Below are positions 34,589-37,705 of a stretch of DNA of 37,705 nucleotides, in pieces. The stretch comes from a virus (Duplodnaviria; Caudoviricetes): the IMG/VR virus record IMGVR_UViG_3300028422_000467, positions 1 through 37,705 of that record, one strand, 5' to 3'. The first letter of the stretch is position 1. Every line of letters starts with the position of its first letter. The position numbers and the translations under genes are program-made. The notes under the pieces are model-generated. The model made no database searches. It saw only the letters and a program-made list of their open reading frames with translations, and was not told where the DNA came from.

Positions 34589-35204
34589 AGCGGTCTGCGA
34601 CCTTTCTGATCTGCTCGGCCACCTCTAGGTCGTGGCGCTCCAGGCTCTCCCAGGTCAACCTGGGCTCACGCTGCTCGTAGTGGACGGTGACCGGCGTGTT
34701 GGCGAAAGCGGCCTCGACGGCATCATCAGCGACCGGCATACCGATCAGGTTGCCGATCTGGTGGATGAGCATGGAGTCGATCTGATCGAGACGCCACCAG
34801 CCGCCGGTGGTGTACAACTCGGCGGTCTCCGCGCACGCCAGCCAGAACCGCATGGCGAAGCCGGGAATGTCCGCCGGGTCGGCATCGGGGATCAGTCTGC
34901 GAAAGATGCTCAGGTGCGGGTCCTGAACGGGCGCACGGATATAGGACAGAATCACGTCGAGGGGATGCCGGATCTGGTGGAAGACGATGCCCTCGTAGCC
35001 GTCGAGGCCCTGGGCCAGGGCACAACAGGACGAGTCGCCGACGATCTTCTCGTCACTCCACGGCCCGACTTCGCGATGACGGCCACTCGGACTCCACCAG
35101 GACTCTCCACCGCAGGGAATGCCGGACCTGGTGAGCAGCTGGGAGATGTAGGTGGACCCGGAGCGGCCGGTGCCGACGATGACGAACTTCGGTTCGGGCA
35201 TCAT
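34575..35204 (-). CDS. Sulfotransferase-family protein
   Basis: FVIVGTGRSGSTYISQLL (5'-PSB-like loop) and HQIRHPLDVILSY (3'-PB RxPxDxxxS motif); start placed at ATG 35204 (ATGA overlap). Confidence 0.78.
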   Translation of the reverse strand: MMPEPKFVIVGTGRSGSTYISQLLTRSGIPCGGESWWSPSGRHREVGPWSDEKIVGDSSCCALAQGLDGYEGIVFHQIRHPLDVILSYIRAPVQDPHLSIFRRLIPDADPADIPGFAMRFWLACAETAELYTTGGWWRLDQIDSMLIHQIGNLIGMPVADDAVEAAFANTPVTVHYEQREPRLTWESLERHDLEVAEQIRKVADRYGFE

Positions 35205-36433
35205 CCGATCCTGATCGCCCACTGCTGGTCGCCGTGCCCGACGACCGTCCAGCCGATCTTGGTGTCCTCGGCGAACTCCCGCCAGGCCCGCTGCTCATGG
35301 TCGGTGTCGCCGATGTAACCGTGGTACTCATCGAACACGCAGTAGGTTCCCGGCTGCAGGAAGGGGCCGATGTACTTCAGCGCCGTTCGCGTCGAGGAGT
35401 AGAGATCGGCGTCGAAGTGGACCAGCCCGATATGCCCGAGTGCCGCGAAGTCGTACCCGGGCAGCGTGTCATCGAACCAACCCTTGGTGACCGTCGTGTT
35501 GGGGATCTGTGGAATGTCCCACGCCAGTGAGCCTTTCGGGTATCCACTCCGCCACTCCTCGGGCAGCCCCTCACCGGAGTCGAACCCGAACACCGGCATC
35601 CGCTCGGCGATCACCCGCGTCGACTTTCCTTCTCCCACGCCGAATTCCACAGCCACCCCAGAGGGGGCCAGGTCGAGCACGTGCCTCAACACATGCCACG
35701 GCTCCAATGGTCCGATCTCCGGCCCGAGGCTGTAGTCCTGCATTCCGTGTCCTTCCCGATAGGCGACGAACCGCGGCCGGGGTTTCTGCCATTGAATCCC
35801 GGTCGCGGCGAGCATCCGCTTGCGCTCCTGGTAGTTGACGGTCGACCTGGTGGTGATGGCATTCCACAGCGCACCCGACCCGCGAACATCGGCGTAGGGC
35901 CACCTGGTCAGGCCGGCGTCGTGGATGCGCATCTGCCATTCGACGTGCTCACCGCCCCACGCCCCGTAGGCCGGGTCCATCCCGCCGACCGCGTCGATGA
36001 CCCTGCGCTCGGCGTAGAGCATGTAGCCCCTGGGGAACCCGACGGCGAAGTGCAGGTCATCACCAGACCCCGACTTCTCGGGCCGCTGGAACGACAGGTG
36101 TGGCTCCGGCGAATCGACGTAGGGACGCCACCATCGGTCCGACACCGGAAACACATCGTCGTCAACCAGGAACAGGTGATCGCAGCCTGCATCCATCAGG
36201 GCGGCGATGCCCAGGTTCTTGGTCGCGGCCACGCCCTTGCGGTACGGATTGAAGATCAGCCTGACCACACAGCCGTGCGGAAGCAACATCGTCTCCCCGC
36301 GCAGCGGGACGTCGGAAGCATCATCGACCACGACCAGTACGGAGTTCGGCGGCAACCATCTACGCCACTGCCGCACGGTGCGCTCGAACAGCGCCCGTCG
36401 ATTGCGGGTGCTGATCGCAACCCCCAGCATCAA
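35201..36433 (-). CDS. GT2 glycosyltransferase fused to a TylF/MycF-type O-methyltransferase
   Basis: N-terminal VVDDAS...GVAATKN...LFLVDDD...WGGEH; C-terminal EFGVGEGKS, GFDSGEGLPE, GWFDDTL, HFDADLYSST, VFDEY. Confidence 0.9.
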   Translation of the reverse strand: MMLGVAISTRNRRALFERTVRQWRRWLPPNSVLVVVDDASDVPLRGETMLLPHGCVVRLIFNPYRKGVAATKNLGIAALMDAGCDHLFLVDDDVFPVSDRWWRPYVDSPEPHLSFQRPEKSGSGDDLHFAVGFPRGYMLYAERRVIDAVGGMDPAYGAWGGEHVEWQMRIHDAGLTRWPYADVRGSGALWNAITTRSTVNYQERKRMLAATGIQWQKPRPRFVAYREGHGMQDYSLGPEIGPLEPWHVLRHVLDLAPSGVAVEFGVGEGKSTRVIAERMPVFGFDSGEGLPEEWRSGYPKGSLAWDIPQIPNTTVTKGWFDDTLPGYDFAALGHIGLVHFDADLYSSTRTALKYIGPFLQPGTYCVFDEYHGYIGDTDHEQRAWREFAEDTKIGWTVVGHGDQQWAIRIG

Positions 36434-37683
36434 TCTTCGCCGCCGGTCAGGCGGATCGCCGCCGATTCGCCGTACAGCCGTTCCATCGCCCGGGCCTCGT
36501 CAACGGTGAGAATCCCCGCCTCGATGAGCACCTTGAACGCCTGGGCGCGGTCCTTGAGGCCCGGTCGGGTGTAGTCGTCGCGGTTCAGTTCCAGCGTCTG
36601 CGTCGACGGAAGCGACCAGCCGTCCAGCGACGACATCACCGCATTGGCCTTCGGGCGCAGACTCGAGCGATCGTGGAACCCGAACAGCTGCTCGATGTTG
36701 GAGTAGGTCAGCGAACCGGTGGCACCGGGAAGTCCGACCAGGAACGGCGGCACACCACAGAGAATGGCGATGCGCGCCTCGTTGAACTGGGTCAGCTCCA
36801 TCAGGGTCAGGTCCTGGGCACTCATCGACTTCGCCTGGTTGAGGGTGGCACCACCGGCTACCAGTGCGGGATGCCCGGCGTACTTGGTGCGCGACTCGAT
36901 CCAACGGTCCAGCAGGTCGACACCCTCGGACTGGGTGATCTTGCGGTCCAGGCCCATCCAGTACAGCGGTATTCCGCCGGTCTCGGCGAGGTTCTGGGTG
37001 TAACGCTGCAACAGCCCGACGGTGACCTGACGGGCACCGGCCTGCTCCAGCGGACCGTGACCGCGGGCGTCGGTGGTGGTGGACGAGTAGCGGATGTGCA
37101 GGATCTCACCGGTGACGTCGGTCGATCCGAGCTTGTACTCGCGCGTCCCCCCGCGCATCTCCACGCTGATCAACCACGGCGGAACGACCCTGAACCGGAT
37201 CGGATACCCGTCGGAATTGGTCGCCATCGGCAGGATGAACGCCTCGCCGAGCATGTAGTCCCAGAACAGCTGTTTGGCGAACTCCTGCCAGCAGGTGTAG
37301 ATGTCGGGATCGGGATTCTTCATCCAACTGGTCGGCTCGATGATCCGGCCGTTCTTCATCCGGTAGATCGGCATGCTGCTCAGCACCGAGGAGTTGAGGT
37401 CGATGCACGCCCAGGCGACGTCGATGAGCTTGTTGATCCCGGCCTGCTGACCCCAGTTCGGGGTCGACCACGACTCGGGATAGCCGGACCAGGCACTGGG
37501 CTGAATCCACGGCAGCTGGCGCGTCTCCAGGTTGGTCAGCGCACTGACGTCGACCATGTCGGGATCGCCGAAGTTGATGTCGGGAGGCCCGACAGTGCCC
37601 GGCGGCGGAGCCGGATCGTTCGCGTTGGCCACAACACCGGCCGTGTTCGGAGTGGTCCCCAGGAGCCACGTCAGGAAGCTCAT
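36430..37683 (-). CDS. Portal protein (HK97 family)
   Basis: AWACIDLNSSVLSSMP, GEAFI, ILHIRY...GHGPL, IAILCGVPPFLVG...SNIEQ, GILTVDEARAME. Confidence 0.96.
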   Translation of the reverse strand: MSFLTWLLGTTPNTAGVVANANDPAPPPGTVGPPDINFGDPDMVDVSALTNLETRQLPWIQPSAWSGYPESWSTPNWGQQAGINKLIDVAWACIDLNSSVLSSMPIYRMKNGRIIEPTSWMKNPDPDIYTCWQEFAKQLFWDYMLGEAFILPMATNSDGYPIRFRVVPPWLISVEMRGGTREYKLGSTDVTGEILHIRYSSTTTDARGHGPLEQAGARQVTVGLLQRYTQNLAETGGIPLYWMGLDRKITQSEGVDLLDRWIESRTKYAGHPALVAGGATLNQAKSMSAQDLTLMELTQFNEARIAILCGVPPFLVGLPGATGSLTYSNIEQLFGFHDRSSLRPKANAVMSSLDGWSLPSTQTLELNRDDYTRPGLKDRAQAFKVLIEAGILTVDEARAMERLYGESAAIRLTGGED

Positions 37684-37705
37684 GTCAGGATTCTACGACC
37701 CCGGG

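Larger units (their letters stand above)
1..37705 (-). mobile_element. Siphovirus (mycobacteriophage-like) structural and lysis gene region, phage or prophage
   Basis: Canonical portal-protease-capsid-connectors-tail-TAC-tape measure-minor tail-lysin order; tightly overlapping ATGA/TGATG junctions; high GC. No integrase or host genes in the window, so phage versus prophage cannot be decided. Confidence 0.97.

Noticed and set aside
37684-37705. End of a terminase gene or a TAGAAT -10 for a leaderless portal mRNA
   Set aside because: Only 22 nt are visible; both readings are possible and neither can be supported.

Overview
The whole window is the virion structure/assembly and lysis region of a high-GC siphovirus (phage or prophage) that looks like a mycobacteriophage. 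Almost everything is on the minus strand. Reading right to left: HK97-type portal, a five-gene glycan-modification cassette (glycosyltransferase/O-methyltransferase fusion, a sulfotransferase-like gene, three more glycosyltransferase-like genes), prohead protease, major capsid, head-tail connectors, major tail, an oppositely transcribed XRE-HTH plus small-peptide insert, tail assembly chaperones with a +1/-2 frameshift arrangement, tape measure, baseplate and minor tail proteins, two fibre-like modules, small membrane proteins, lysin A and the start of a probable holin. The gene order and a repeated TGTACGG-N3-CCGTACA palindrome recall Cluster O (Corndog-like) mycobacteriophages; this is from memory, not a search. 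The most interesting candidates are: (i) a virion glycosylation cassette extended by a sulfotransferase, suggesting sulfated and methylated virion glycans; (ii) a cutinase/LysB-like esterase inserted inside a carbohydrate-binding domain of a tail protein; (iii) a separately promoted fibre module with about 30 20-aa repeats and several paralogous small subunits; (iv) a palindromic operator/promoter system; (v) a tandem structured motif in the capsid leader. All product calls come from motif reading and synteny, with no database searches.
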